A stretch of DNA of 35,028 nt from Candidatus Eiseniibacteriota bacterium. GTDB taxonomy: Bacteria; Eisenbacteria; RBG-16-71-46. The DNA lies in contig JBGAOA010000044.1 of assembly GCA_044222065.1 (NCBI GenBank), forward strand, positions 1 to 35,028, written 5' to 3'. Below, in pieces: positions 1 to 8,384 of the stretch (position 1 is its first letter; every line of letters begins with the position of its first letter). The notes under the pieces are model-generated. The model was not told the origin of the DNA. It worked only from the letters and a program-made list of their open reading frames with translations, and made no database searches. The translations under genes and the position numbers were made by a program.

Positions 1-660
1 CGCCGCCCACTGCGCGCACTCCTCGGGCGCGAGCGGGTCGGGGATCTGGTACAGCCCCTCGCGCGAGCGGATGCCCGGCAGTTCCGCGCCCTCGGCGCGC
101 TCCACCGTCCGCCCCTCGTGGTCCACCACCACCACCCACGCCTCCTGCAGCGGCAGGCCGCCCCAGCGCGTGATGACCCCGTGGAACGCCACCCGGCGCT
201 CGTAGCGCACCGGCCCGAGGCGCGGCGCGCCCCACGAGAGCCCGCGCACCTTGCACACCGACGCGATGCCGTCCGCCGGCGCCCCCGGCACCTGCGCGAG
301 CGCCGTGCGGCGCGCGCACATCGCGGGCTCCATCGCCGCCTGCAGGAGCTTCCGCCCGCCCGCGCTGCCGGGCGCCGTGAACCACGCTCCGCGCGGGAGC
401 GTCGCGCGCTGGGGGTCGAACACCAGGCGCACGCGCTGGCGGCGCCAGCGGCGCTGGAGGCCCGGCGCGAGATCCACTTCCCAGTCCCCGCGCGCGGCGG
501 GCTGGACGGTCGAGCCCTGCTGCTCCAGCCAGTGCCCGACGAACGGACGCCAGCCGTCGGGCAGCTGGGGCACGGCCGCGTGGCCCGGCGCGGGCTCGGT
601 GGCGATGCGCTTCGCGGGCTTCGCGGCGCGGCGCCGGCGCGACGTCGTGCCGGCGATCAC
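1..660 (-). CDS. Hypothetical protein, possibly a YqhG-like partner of the SNF2 helicase; runs off the left edge
   Basis: Not in the ORF track. A GTG at 658-660 overlaps the SNF2 stop (GTGA) and the frame stays open for 220 codons to position 1 (…LPDGWRPFVGHWLEQQG…RVRLVFDP…VRYERRVAFHGVITRWGG…). The YqhG-like call rests only on position after a YqhH-like gene. Confidence 0.7.
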   Translation of the reverse strand, partial: MIAGTTSRRRRAAKPAKRIATEPAPGHAAVPQLPDGWRPFVGHWLEQQGSTVQPAARGDWEVDLAPGLQRRWRRQRVRLVFDPQRATLPRGAWFTAPGSAGGRKLLQAAMEPAMCARRTALAQVPGAPADGIASVCKVRGLSWGAPRLGPVRYERRVAFHGVITRWGGLPLQEAWVVVVDHEGRTVERAEGAELPGIRSREGLYQIPDPLAPEECAQWAA

Positions 661-2633
661 GCGCCCTCCTCCGGCTCGTGGCGCTCGGCGCCCGGAAACA
701 GCCACGACTGGCGATCCTTCTGCTGCTGGTAGAGCCGCCGCGCCACCACCAGGTGCTGCGCCAGCTCGGCGAAGCGGCGCTTGCGCGCCCGCGGGTTGGT
801 GGACTCGGTCCAGCGCTTGAAGATCTCGTCCTCGAACGAGCCGTGCGGCTGCCACGTGCCGAGGATCTCTTCCATCTCGCCGACCACGAGTTCGAACATC
901 TTGATCTTGCGGTCGAGGATCTCGAGCACGTAGGCCTCGATCGTGCCGCGCGCGGCCAGGTTGATGACGCGCACCGGATGCTCCTGCCCGAGCCGGTGCA
1001 CGCGGCCGATGCGCTGCTCGACGCGCATCGGATTCCACGGCAGGTCGTAGTTCACGACGTTCCGGCAAAACTGCAGGTTGCGGCCCTCGCCGCCGGCCTC
1101 GGTGCTGACGAGGACGCGCAGCCCGGCGCGGAAGCGGTCGAGCGACTCCTCCTTCTCGCGCCAGCCGAGCTCGCCGTGGAACACCGCCGTGCCCATGCCC
1201 TCGCGTTCGAGCGCTGCGACGATCGTGTCCTGCGTCGAGCGGAACTGCGTGAAGACGATCGCCTGCTCGCCCTTGAGCGTCGCGAGCGCGCGCAGCAGCG
1301 AGCGCACCTTGCTCTGCCCCTCGCTCTCCTCGCGCGCGAGCGCGGCCAGCTGACGGAGCCGCCGCGGGTCGAGCCCGTCGGGATGGTCGCAGAGCCGCTC
1401 GAGCGTCCCGGCCGCGGCCGCCCACGAGGAGCCCATTTCCTTCTGCAGCACCATGAGCGTGAAGTAGTGCGGGCGTCCCGGGTGGCCGGCGTCGCCCTTC
1501 ACCGCCTCGGCGACGAACTCGCTGACGTTCTTGTAGAGCGCGCGCTCCGACACCGACTGCGGCACCCACACGGTCTCGACGCGCCGCGGCGCGAACGTGA
1601 GGTGCGTGTCCGCGCGGCGGCTGCGGATCATCACGCTCTCGAGCAGGCTGCGGAGCTTCGGCGTGTTGCGCGGCGTGCGCTTGTCGTGCCCGCTCAGAAA
1701 GTCGCGGCGGAACTGCGTGAACGTGCCCACGGTACCGGGACGCACGAGCGTCGCGAGGTTGTAGAGCTCGCGCAGGTCGTTCTGCACCGGCGTCGCCGTC
1801 AGCAGCAGCAGGTAGCGCGGATTGAGGTCGTTGATGAACTTCCAGCCGAGCGTGAGGTGGTTGCGCAGCCGGTGCGCCTCGTCCACGACGACGAGGTCGT
1901 AGTTCGCGCCGCGCACGCGGCGGCGGTGGCGCTCGTGCCGCGCCGTCTCGAGCGACGAGATGACGAACGGATGGCGTCCCCACTGCCCCGCCGGACCGCG
2001 CGAGACGACGAAGTCGAGCTCGAACTTCTCCCACAGCTCCGCGCGCCACTGCTCGCACAGCGACGCCGGCACGAGCACGAGCACCGTGCGCACGGCGCCG
2101 CGCAGCACGTACTCCTTGAGGACGATGCCCGCCTCGACCGTCTTGCCGAGGCCGACTTCGTCCGCGAGGATCGCGCGGCCGTTCAGGTCGCGCAGCACCT
2201 TGAGGCACGCCTTGATCTGGTGCGGGAAGCGCTCGACGCCGCGCAGAGACTCGAGCGAGATCAGCCGGTCGGTCCCGGCCCAGCCGGCCCAGTGTTCGGC
2301 TTCGGCGCGCAGGGCGAAGCGCTCCGGGCTCACGTACTCGGCGCGCCGCCAGCGCTCGAGCAGCGCATCCGTGAGCGCGTGCACGCGCCGCGGCACGTTC
2401 GGCGGCGGCGGCGCGGGAACGACGCCGACGTCCTCGCCGTCGTCCGCGCGCGGCGTCGGCGGTCCCTGGTCCTCGACGACCTCCCACTCACGCTGGGCCG
2501 AGAGCCGGCGGAGCTGGCCGCCGAACACGACCTCGAGCACCTCACGCCCGCGGTCGGTGTGGACCTCGACGACGAGGCCCTCGCCGAATTGCGGGTGTCG
2601 GAGCCGCTGCCCGACCTGGTAGCGCGAGGTCAT
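657..2633 (-). CDS. SNF2-family ATPase/helicase (YqhH/HepA-like) with N-terminal Tudor-like domain
   Basis: Motifs ILADEVGLGKT, VPASL..QW, DEAH, LTATP.QN, VFTQF, STEAGGEGRNLQ, NYDLPWNP..EQRIGRVHRLGQ. The ATG at 2631-2633 overlaps the upstream stop (TGATG). Confidence 0.93.
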   Translation of the reverse strand: MTSRYQVGQRLRHPQFGEGLVVEVHTDRGREVLEVVFGGQLRRLSAQREWEVVEDQGPPTPRADDGEDVGVVPAPPPPNVPRRVHALTDALLERWRRAEYVSPERFALRAEAEHWAGWAGTDRLISLESLRGVERFPHQIKACLKVLRDLNGRAILADEVGLGKTVEAGIVLKEYVLRGAVRTVLVLVPASLCEQWRAELWEKFELDFVVSRGPAGQWGRHPFVISSLETARHERHRRRVRGANYDLVVVDEAHRLRNHLTLGWKFINDLNPRYLLLLTATPVQNDLRELYNLATLVRPGTVGTFTQFRRDFLSGHDKRTPRNTPKLRSLLESVMIRSRRADTHLTFAPRRVETVWVPQSVSERALYKNVSEFVAEAVKGDAGHPGRPHYFTLMVLQKEMGSSWAAAAGTLERLCDHPDGLDPRRLRQLAALAREESEGQSKVRSLLRALATLKGEQAIVFTQFRSTQDTIVAALEREGMGTAVFHGELGWREKEESLDRFRAGLRVLVSTEAGGEGRNLQFCRNVVNYDLPWNPMRVEQRIGRVHRLGQEHPVRVINLAARGTIEAYVLEILDRKIKMFELVVGEMEEILGTWQPHGSFEDEIFKRWTESTNPRARKRRFAELAQHLVVARRLYQQQKDRQSWLFPGAERHEPEEGA

Positions 2634-4039
2634 CACGTCCACAGTTCGAACTCCTGGTCCTTCTCGGGCACGTGGACCTCGGCGCCGACGCGGCGCCGCA
2701 GCACCTCGGCGAGCGTCGTCGCGGGACCCGGTTCGCCGTGCACGAGGAAGATCCGTCGCGGCGCGGGCGACAGCGCCGCCGTCCAGTCCGACAGCTCACG
2801 CTGGTCCGCGTGGGCGCTGAAGCCGTCGAGGCCGGCGATCTCGGCGCGCACGCGCACCGGCTCGCCGAAGACGTTCACCGTCTCGGCGCCGTCGCGCAGC
2901 CGCCGTCCAAGCGTGCCCTCGCCCTGGAAGCCCACGAACAGGACCGTGTTGCGTTCGTTGCCGAGCCCGTGCTGCAGGTGGAAGAGGATCCGGCCGCCTT
3001 CGCACATGCCCGACGCCGCGATCACGATGCACGGCGTGCGCACGTCGTTCAGCGAGCGCGACTCCTCGGCCGAGCCGACGTAGCGCAGCCGGTCGAAGCC
3101 GAACGGCGCGCCGTGCCCGTTCGAGAACGCGCGCGCCGTCTCCTCGTCGAAGCACTCGGGGTGGCGGCGGAAGACCGCCGTCGTCTCGCGCGCCATCGGA
3201 CTGTCCACGTAGATCGGGACGTCCGGCACGCGCCCCGCCTCGATGAGCGCGTGGAGCGTCGCGACCAGTTCCTGCGTGCGGCCGACCGCGAACGCCGGCA
3301 CGATGAGCCGGCCGCCGCGCGCGATCGTGCGGCCGACGACCTCGGCCAGTTCGCGGTCCGTCGCTTCGGCCTCCGTGTGCAGGCGGTCGCCGTACGTGCT
3401 CTCCAGCACGAGCGCGTCCACGCCGGCGTGCACTTCGGGATCGCGCAGGATGCGGCGGTTCGGCCGCCCGAGGTCGCCGCTCATGCCGAGGCGGAACACG
3501 GCCCCGCCGCGCCGGAACTCGAACACCGTGAGCGCGGATCCCAGGATGTGTCCCGCATCCCAGTATTCGACGCGCACGCCGTCGTCCAGCTCCCACGGCT
3601 GGCGGTAACCGTGCGTGTCGAAGCGCGTCAGCGTGACCTGGACGTCCTCCTCGGTGTAGAGCGGCGCGCGCACGGTGCGGCCGCGCGCGCGGTAGTTGAC
3701 GTGTTCCACGTCCTTCTTCATGAGGAACGCGCTGTCCGGAAGCATGACGCGCGCGAGGTCGGCCGTCGCCGGCGTCGCGTGAATCCGACCCTCGTAGCCG
3801 CGCGCGACGAGCGTCGGCAGGTTCCCGCTGTGGTCGAGGTGCGCGTGCGAAAGCACGACCCGGTCGAGGTCGGGCGGCGCGAAACGGAACGTGCGGTTCA
3901 CGCGCTCGGCTTCCTCGCGGTGCCCCTGGTAGAGCCCGCAATCGAACAGGATCGAGCGCTCGCCCCATCGCAGATGGTGGCGGGAGCCCGTGACGGTGCG
4001 AGCCGCACCTTCGAATCGAATCCGCAGCGAGCGATCCAT
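2633..4039 (-). CDS. Metallo-beta-lactamase fold beta-CASP nuclease (TTHA0252/YSH1-like)
   Basis: HAHLDH metal motif, AGHILGS, SGDLG, ESTYG, PAFAVGRTQE, SGMCEGGR, FSAHAD, LVHGE. Confidence 0.93.
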   Translation of the reverse strand: MDRSLRIRFEGAARTVTGSRHHLRWGERSILFDCGLYQGHREEAERVNRTFRFAPPDLDRVVLSHAHLDHSGNLPTLVARGYEGRIHATPATADLARVMLPDSAFLMKKDVEHVNYRARGRTVRAPLYTEEDVQVTLTRFDTHGYRQPWELDDGVRVEYWDAGHILGSALTVFEFRRGGAVFRLGMSGDLGRPNRRILRDPEVHAGVDALVLESTYGDRLHTEAEATDRELAEVVGRTIARGGRLIVPAFAVGRTQELVATLHALIEAGRVPDVPIYVDSPMARETTAVFRRHPECFDEETARAFSNGHGAPFGFDRLRYVGSAEESRSLNDVRTPCIVIAASGMCEGGRILFHLQHGLGNERNTVLFVGFQGEGTLGRRLRDGAETVNVFGEPVRVRAEIAGLDGFSAHADQRELSDWTAALSPAPRRIFLVHGEPGPATTLAEVLRRRVGAEVHVPEKDQEFELWT

Positions 4040-4058
4040 GTCGTTCCCGGTCGCCGCG

Positions 4059-4664
4059 TCAGTACGCGGCGTAGAAGGTCATTCCGATCGCGAATTGCAC
4101 GTCGTGGTTCAGCTTTCCGTTGTGGATGATGCCGTGATAGCGCGTACTCAGGTCCACCGCCCAGCTCTGGTAGACGAACCGTTCGAGCCCCGCGCCGAGG
4201 CTCAGCAGCAGTCCGTCTCCGGCGCCCTCCCCGCTGAACACCGTCTCGTCGTCCTTCAGCGTCTGGCGCGCCTGCGCGAGCCCGATGCCGGCGCTGAGCA
4301 TCTTCACCGTGCGCGTCCGCGTGCCGAACATCTGGTAGAACTCGAGCGACGCCGTCGTGAGCATGAGCCGCTCGGGCATCGTGTCCACGCGCGCCTCCTC
4401 GCGCGCGCCGAACGTCTGGTGCTCGAACGAAAGCCCGAGCCCGCGCTCGTAGCGCATGCGGTAGCGCAGCCGCACCGCGTAGCCGCCGCCGACGTCGAAC
4501 AGCCGGCCGAACTCGCCCGACTTCGTGAGCGCGCCGCCTTCACCCTGGAACGTGAATCCGACCTGTCCGGGGCGCGGCAGGGTGATCGTGCCGGCCGACC
4601 CGCTTCCGGCGGTCACGGCCAGCGCCGTCGCGATCGCGACGAGTCCGAGGCAGAGGGACTTCAT
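4059..4664 (-). CDS. Small outer-membrane beta-barrel protein
   Basis: Sec signal peptide (MKSLCLGLVAIATALAV…A), alternating amphipathic strands, aromatic C-terminus (QFAIGMTFYAAY); AAGGA upstream of the ATG. Confidence 0.75.
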   Translation of the reverse strand: MKSLCLGLVAIATALAVTAGSGSAGTITLPRPGQVGFTFQGEGGALTKSGEFGRLFDVGGGYAVRLRYRMRYERGLGLSFEHQTFGAREEARVDTMPERLMLTTASLEFYQMFGTRTRTVKMLSAGIGLAQARQTLKDDETVFSGEGAGDGLLLSLGAGLERFVYQSWAVDLSTRYHGIIHNGKLNHDVQFAIGMTFYAAY

Positions 4665-4665
4665 G

Positions 4666-5604
4666 TCATTCCTTTCGATGGCCCCGCTCGCGCGGGTGGA
4701 AGGTGCGATGCACCTCCCGGAGGTACGCCCGGTCCAGATGGGTGTAGATGGCCGTCGTCGCGACCGACGAATGCCCCAGCAGTTCCTGCACGACGCGCAG
4801 ATCGGCCCCGCCCTGCAGCAGGTGCGTCGCGAACGAGTGTCGGAGCGCGTGCGGGTGCACGCGTCCCGCGAGCCCCGCGGCGCGCGCGTGGGCGCGCAGC
4901 AGCTTCCAGAAGCCCATGCGCGACAACCGCCCGCCGCGCACGTTGACGAACACCGCGTCGTGCCGCGTGCGCCGCTCGAGCTGCGGCCGCCCGCGCTCGA
5001 GCCACTCGGCGAGCGCGCGCGCGGCCGAGCGCCCGAACGGGACCGTGCGCTGCTTGTCGCCCTTGCCCGTCACCGTGACCGCACGGCCGACGAGGTCCAG
5101 GTGCGCGCGCTCGAGCGCGAGCAGCTCCGACACGCGCAGTCCGCTCGCGTAGGCGAGCTCGAACAGCGCCCGATCGCGCAGCGCGAGCGCGCCGTCGCCT
5201 TCCGGGCGCGCGAGCAGCGCTTCGACGTCGGCGATGGACAGCGCGTGCGGGAGCTTGCGTTCGCGGCGCGTCGCCGGCGCATCGAGCACCGTCGCCTCGC
5301 CCGCGAGGCCCGCCCGCGCGAGGTACGCGTGGAATCCGCGCAGCGTCGAGCGCCGGCGCGCGAGCGTCGGGCTCGAGAGCCCGCGGCGGTGGAGCGAAGC
5401 GAAGTAGCCGTCCACGAACGTCGGGGTCGCCTCGCCCCAGTCGCCGAGCCGGTGCTGGCGCGCGAATCCGGCGTAGTCCGCGAGATCGCGCGCGTACGCG
5501 TCGAGCGTGTTCGGACTCAGCCGCCGCCCGGTGCGCAGCTCGTCGAGGAACGCCTCGAGCGCGCGCTCGAGCGCGCCCGCATGCACGGCGGTCGCCGCGC
5601 TCAT
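4666..5604 (-). CDS. xerD: Tyrosine recombinase XerD
   Basis: LSPNTLDAYARDL, RDRALFELAYASGLRVSEL, GKGDKQR, the XerD-type LSRMGFWK, HALRHSFATHLL, LGH…IYTH. The ATG at 5602-5604 overlaps the uvrC stop (ATGA). Confidence 0.85.
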   Translation of the reverse strand: MSAATAVHAGALERALEAFLDELRTGRRLSPNTLDAYARDLADYAGFARQHRLGDWGEATPTFVDGYFASLHRRGLSSPTLARRRSTLRGFHAYLARAGLAGEATVLDAPATRRERKLPHALSIADVEALLARPEGDGALALRDRALFELAYASGLRVSELLALERAHLDLVGRAVTVTGKGDKQRTVPFGRSAARALAEWLERGRPQLERRTRHDAVFVNVRGGRLSRMGFWKLLRAHARAAGLAGRVHPHALRHSFATHLLQGGADLRVVQELLGHSSVATTAIYTHLDRAYLREVHRTFHPRERGHRKE

Positions 5605-7430
5605 GCGGAACGCTCGCGTTCGCCGGCGTGAAGGCGCTCGGCGACCCGGATCGCGAGCGCCATCGGCACGCGCGCCTTCGCGGCGATCTCGGGCGCGTTC
5701 GCCGCGCGCAGCGCGTCCACCGAGCCGAACGCCTTCAAGAGCGCGGCGCGGCGCGCGGGTCCGACGCCCGGCACGTCGTCGAGCGCGCTGCCGATGCGCG
5801 CGCGGCTCCGCAGCAGCCGGTGATACGTGAGTCCGAAGCGGTGCGCCTCGTCGCGCAGCCGCTGCAGCGCGCGCAGCGCGGCGCTCCGGTGCGGCAGGCG
5901 CAGGTCGGGATGGCCCTCGCGCACGATCGTCTCCTCGCGCTTCGCGAGCGCGATCAGCGGCGCGGGACGCGTCGCGACGCGCTCGAGCGCCGATCGCGCC
6001 GCGCCGAGCTGGCCCGCGCCGCCGTCGATGACCACGAGATCCGGCCGTGGCATCTCGCCCGATTCGACGCGCGTCCAGTAGCGCTCGACCGCCTCGCCGA
6101 TCATCGCGAAGTCGTCGGGACCCGGATGACGCATGCGCATCCGCCGGTAGAGGCCCCGGCGCGCGCGGCCGTTTTCCGATGCGACGACGGCGGCGACCGC
6201 CTCGCCGGCGCCGAGGTTCGAGATGTCGAAGCACACCATGCGGTACGGCGGGTCCGAGAGCGCGAGCGCCTTCTGCAGCTCGAGCACGTCCGCCGAGACG
6301 CGCGCACGGCGGCCGGCCGCGCGGGCGGCGAGGTCCTCGAGCGCGAGCGCCGCATTGCGCTCGGCGGCGAGCACGAGCGGGCGCTCGCGCCCGCGCGCCG
6401 GCACGACGAGCGCGACGCGCTGGCCCGCCCTCGCGGACAGCGCCTCGGCGAGCGCCGCCGCGTCCGCGGGCTCGATCGCCGTCGCAATGCGCGGCGGCAG
6501 GTGTTCGTTCGCGAGGTATCGCTGAGCGAGGAACGACTGCAGCACCTGCGCGTCGTCGAGTTCGCCGGCGCGCTCGAGCAGCCGCGACTCCTTCCCCACG
6601 ACGCGCCCGCCGCGCATCAGGAGCACGACCACGCTCGCGCGCGCGCCGTGGCGGCCCACGCCGACGAGATCGGCGTCGCGCGCGCCGGGCCGCACGACCG
6701 CCTGCGGGACGCGCGACTTCTCGAGCAGATCGATCTGGTCGCGGCGTCGCGCCGCCGACTCGTACTCGCGCGCCTCGGCCGCGGTCCGCATCTCGTCACG
6801 CAGCCGCGCGAGCAGTTCCTCGTCCTTGCCGGTCAGGAACAACAGCAGCGAATCCACCATCGCGCGGTACTCGGAGCGTTCGACGTGCGCACGGGTCGTG
6901 CACGGACCGGCGCAGCGGCGGATGTGGTAGTAGAGGCACGGCCGGTTGCGCCGGCGGTAGTCCTCGAAGTTGCGGCACGTGCGGATCGGGAAGATGCGCC
7001 GGATCTCACGCAGCGTGCGCCGGAGCGTCCTCACGTCCACGTACGGGCCGAGGTAGCGCGCGCCGTCGCCGCGCACCTGCCGCGTGACCGAGAGTCGCGG
7101 CCACTCCTCCTGCACGCTCACCCGCACGTAGGGGAAGCTCTTGTCGTCCTTGAGCAGGATGTTGAAGTGCGGCCGGTGCTGGCGGATCAGCGTGGCTTCC
7201 AGCAGCAGCGCCTCGGCCTCCGAGTCCGTGAGGATCCAGTCCAGGTCGCGGGACGATTCGACCATTTCGCGGATCCGGGCCTCGAGGGCGTCGAGCCCGA
7301 GGTAGTTCCGGACCCGGTGCTGGAGGCTCTTGGCCTTCCCGACGTACAGCACCCGGCCCGAGCCGTCCTTGAACAGATAGACCCCGGGAACGGCCGGGAG
7401 ATTGAGGATTTTGTCGGTCAGAAGGCTCAC
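5601..7430 (-). CDS. uvrC: Excinuclease ABC subunit C
   Basis: GIY-YIG (PGVYLF…LYVGKAKSL), FNILLKDDKSFPY, Cys cluster (C…PCLYYHIRRCAGPC), FDISN, PDLVVIDGG, RDEAHRF, C-terminal HhH (VPGVG). GTG at 7428-7430 with GGAGG upstream. Confidence 0.96.
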   Translation of the reverse strand: MSLLTDKILNLPAVPGVYLFKDGSGRVLYVGKAKSLQHRVRNYLGLDALEARIREMVESSRDLDWILTDSEAEALLLEATLIRQHRPHFNILLKDDKSFPYVRVSVQEEWPRLSVTRQVRGDGARYLGPYVDVRTLRRTLREIRRIFPIRTCRNFEDYRRRNRPCLYYHIRRCAGPCTTRAHVERSEYRAMVDSLLLFLTGKDEELLARLRDEMRTAAEAREYESAARRRDQIDLLEKSRVPQAVVRPGARDADLVGVGRHGARASVVVLLMRGGRVVGKESRLLERAGELDDAQVLQSFLAQRYLANEHLPPRIATAIEPADAAALAEALSARAGQRVALVVPARGRERPLVLAAERNAALALEDLAARAAGRRARVSADVLELQKALALSDPPYRMVCFDISNLGAGEAVAAVVASENGRARRGLYRRMRMRHPGPDDFAMIGEAVERYWTRVESGEMPRPDLVVIDGGAGQLGAARSALERVATRPAPLIALAKREETIVREGHPDLRLPHRSAALRALQRLRDEAHRFGLTYHRLLRSRARIGSALDDVPGVGPARRAALLKAFGSVDALRAANAPEIAAKARVPMALAIRVAERLHAGERERSA

Positions 7431-7471
7431 AGAGGCCTCCGGAGTCCCGGAGTGGACTGTTGGAAGCGTGG

Positions 7472-7501
7472 ACAGTACACCCGGTTTCTCGCGCCGTGCA
7501 A
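7472..7501 (-). promoter_or_regulatory. Candidate sigma70 promoter for the uvrC operon
   Basis: Minus strand TTGCAC (7501-7496), 18 bp spacer, TACTGT (7477-7472), about 40 nt before the uvrC start. Confidence 0.5.
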
Positions 7502-7602
7502 TGGTCGATCTCGCCCGTCGCAGGTCGCGCGCGGCAAGGCCGAAGGCCCGTCGGGACCCGCACGCACGCGCCGCGCGGAGACGCTGGCGAGCGCTCCCGC
7601 GC

Positions 7603-7632
7603 TTGACGCTGCCGGGGCCCAAGCCCTAGGTT
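7603..7632 (+). promoter_or_regulatory. Candidate sigma70 promoter for rpsT
   Basis: TTGACG (7603-7608), 18 bp spacer, TAGGTT (7627-7632). Confidence 0.55.
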
Positions 7633-7675
7633 CTCCGGGCTTTTTCGCACGATTCGCCCCATCGAGGAGGAAGGA

Positions 7676-7933
7676 ATGCCGCATCACAAGTCCGCGGCCA
7701 AGCGCGTGATCACGAACGCGAAGGCCCGTCAGCGCAACATCGCCGCGAAGAGCCGGCTCCGGACCGCCCTGAAGGCGGTGCGTTCGGCGAAGACGCAGAC
7801 CGAGGCCAAGCCCCTGTACGTGACCGCCGCGAGCGTGCTCGACCGCACGGTCGCCAAGGGCATCATCAAGCGCGCGACCGCCGACCGTCACAAGTCCCGT
7901 CTCGCGCAGTTCGCCGCCAAGCTCCCCGCCTGA
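7676..7933 (+). CDS. rpsT: 30S ribosomal protein S20
   Basis: KSAAKR…N…KS.LRT.LK…LDR…KGII…ADRHKSRL pattern, 85 aa and basic; strong GAGGAGG SD. Confidence 0.96.
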   Translation: MPHHKSAAKRVITNAKARQRNIAAKSRLRTALKAVRSAKTQTEAKPLYVTAASVLDRTVAKGIIKRATADRHKSRLAQFAAKLPA

Positions 7934-7985
7934 GGGAGGACGCACGCGTCTCGCCCTCCGAGTCTGCGCCTCCGGGCTCGCCCTG

Positions 7986-8384
7986 GTGGGCACGCTGTCC
8001 GGCACGTCGATCCCGGCCGTCCGCGCCGATGCGCGGGCGGCCGCTGCGTTCGAGCGCATCGCGCTGCCGGAGCCCTCGCGCCAGCGGCACGGACTCGCCT
8101 ATGCGGCCCTCGCCGCCGGCGTGATCTCGGTCGGCGCGTCGTTCGCATTCGCGGGCGAAGCCGACCGGACCTTCGACCACTACGAAGCGGAGAGCGACCC
8201 GGCCGAGATCGCGCGGCTCTACGATCGCACGCGGCTCTTCGACCGCCTTTCGAGCAGCACGCTCATCGGCGGTGAAGCGCTGATCGCGACGGGCCTCTAC
8301 CTGCGCTTCCTGCGCCGGCCGCCCTCGGCGCGCCTGTCCCTCGAAGTCGCCCCCTCGCGATGCGCGCTCGCCGTTCGCTTCTGA
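7986..8384 (+). CDS. Small hypothetical exported/membrane protein; true start may be further upstream
   Basis: Two hydrophobic Gly/Ala-rich segments and a C-terminal beta-strand-like tail ending in F; overlaps the next gene by 25 bp. Confidence 0.65.
   Translation: MGTLSGTSIPAVRADARAAAAFERIALPEPSRQRHGLAYAALAAGVISVGASFAFAGEADRTFDHYEAESDPAEIARLYDRTRLFDRLSSSTLIGGEALIATGLYLRFLRRPPSARLSLEVAPSRCALAVRF

Noticed and set aside
118..732. Plus-strand ORF starting MVHHHH and the (CAC)n repeat near 123-137
   Set aside because: Shadow of the real minus-strand gene, where the repeat encodes VVVV.
657..4039. SNF2 plus nuclease as a known anti-phage defence system
   Set aside because: The context is a core repair operon with host-like codon usage and no methylase, island or mobility signal. 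Not fully excluded, because the locus runs off the window edge.
7457..7475. CTGT…ACAG as an E. coli-type LexA box
   Set aside because: The spacer is 11 bp rather than 8. Kept only as an unassigned motif under findings.
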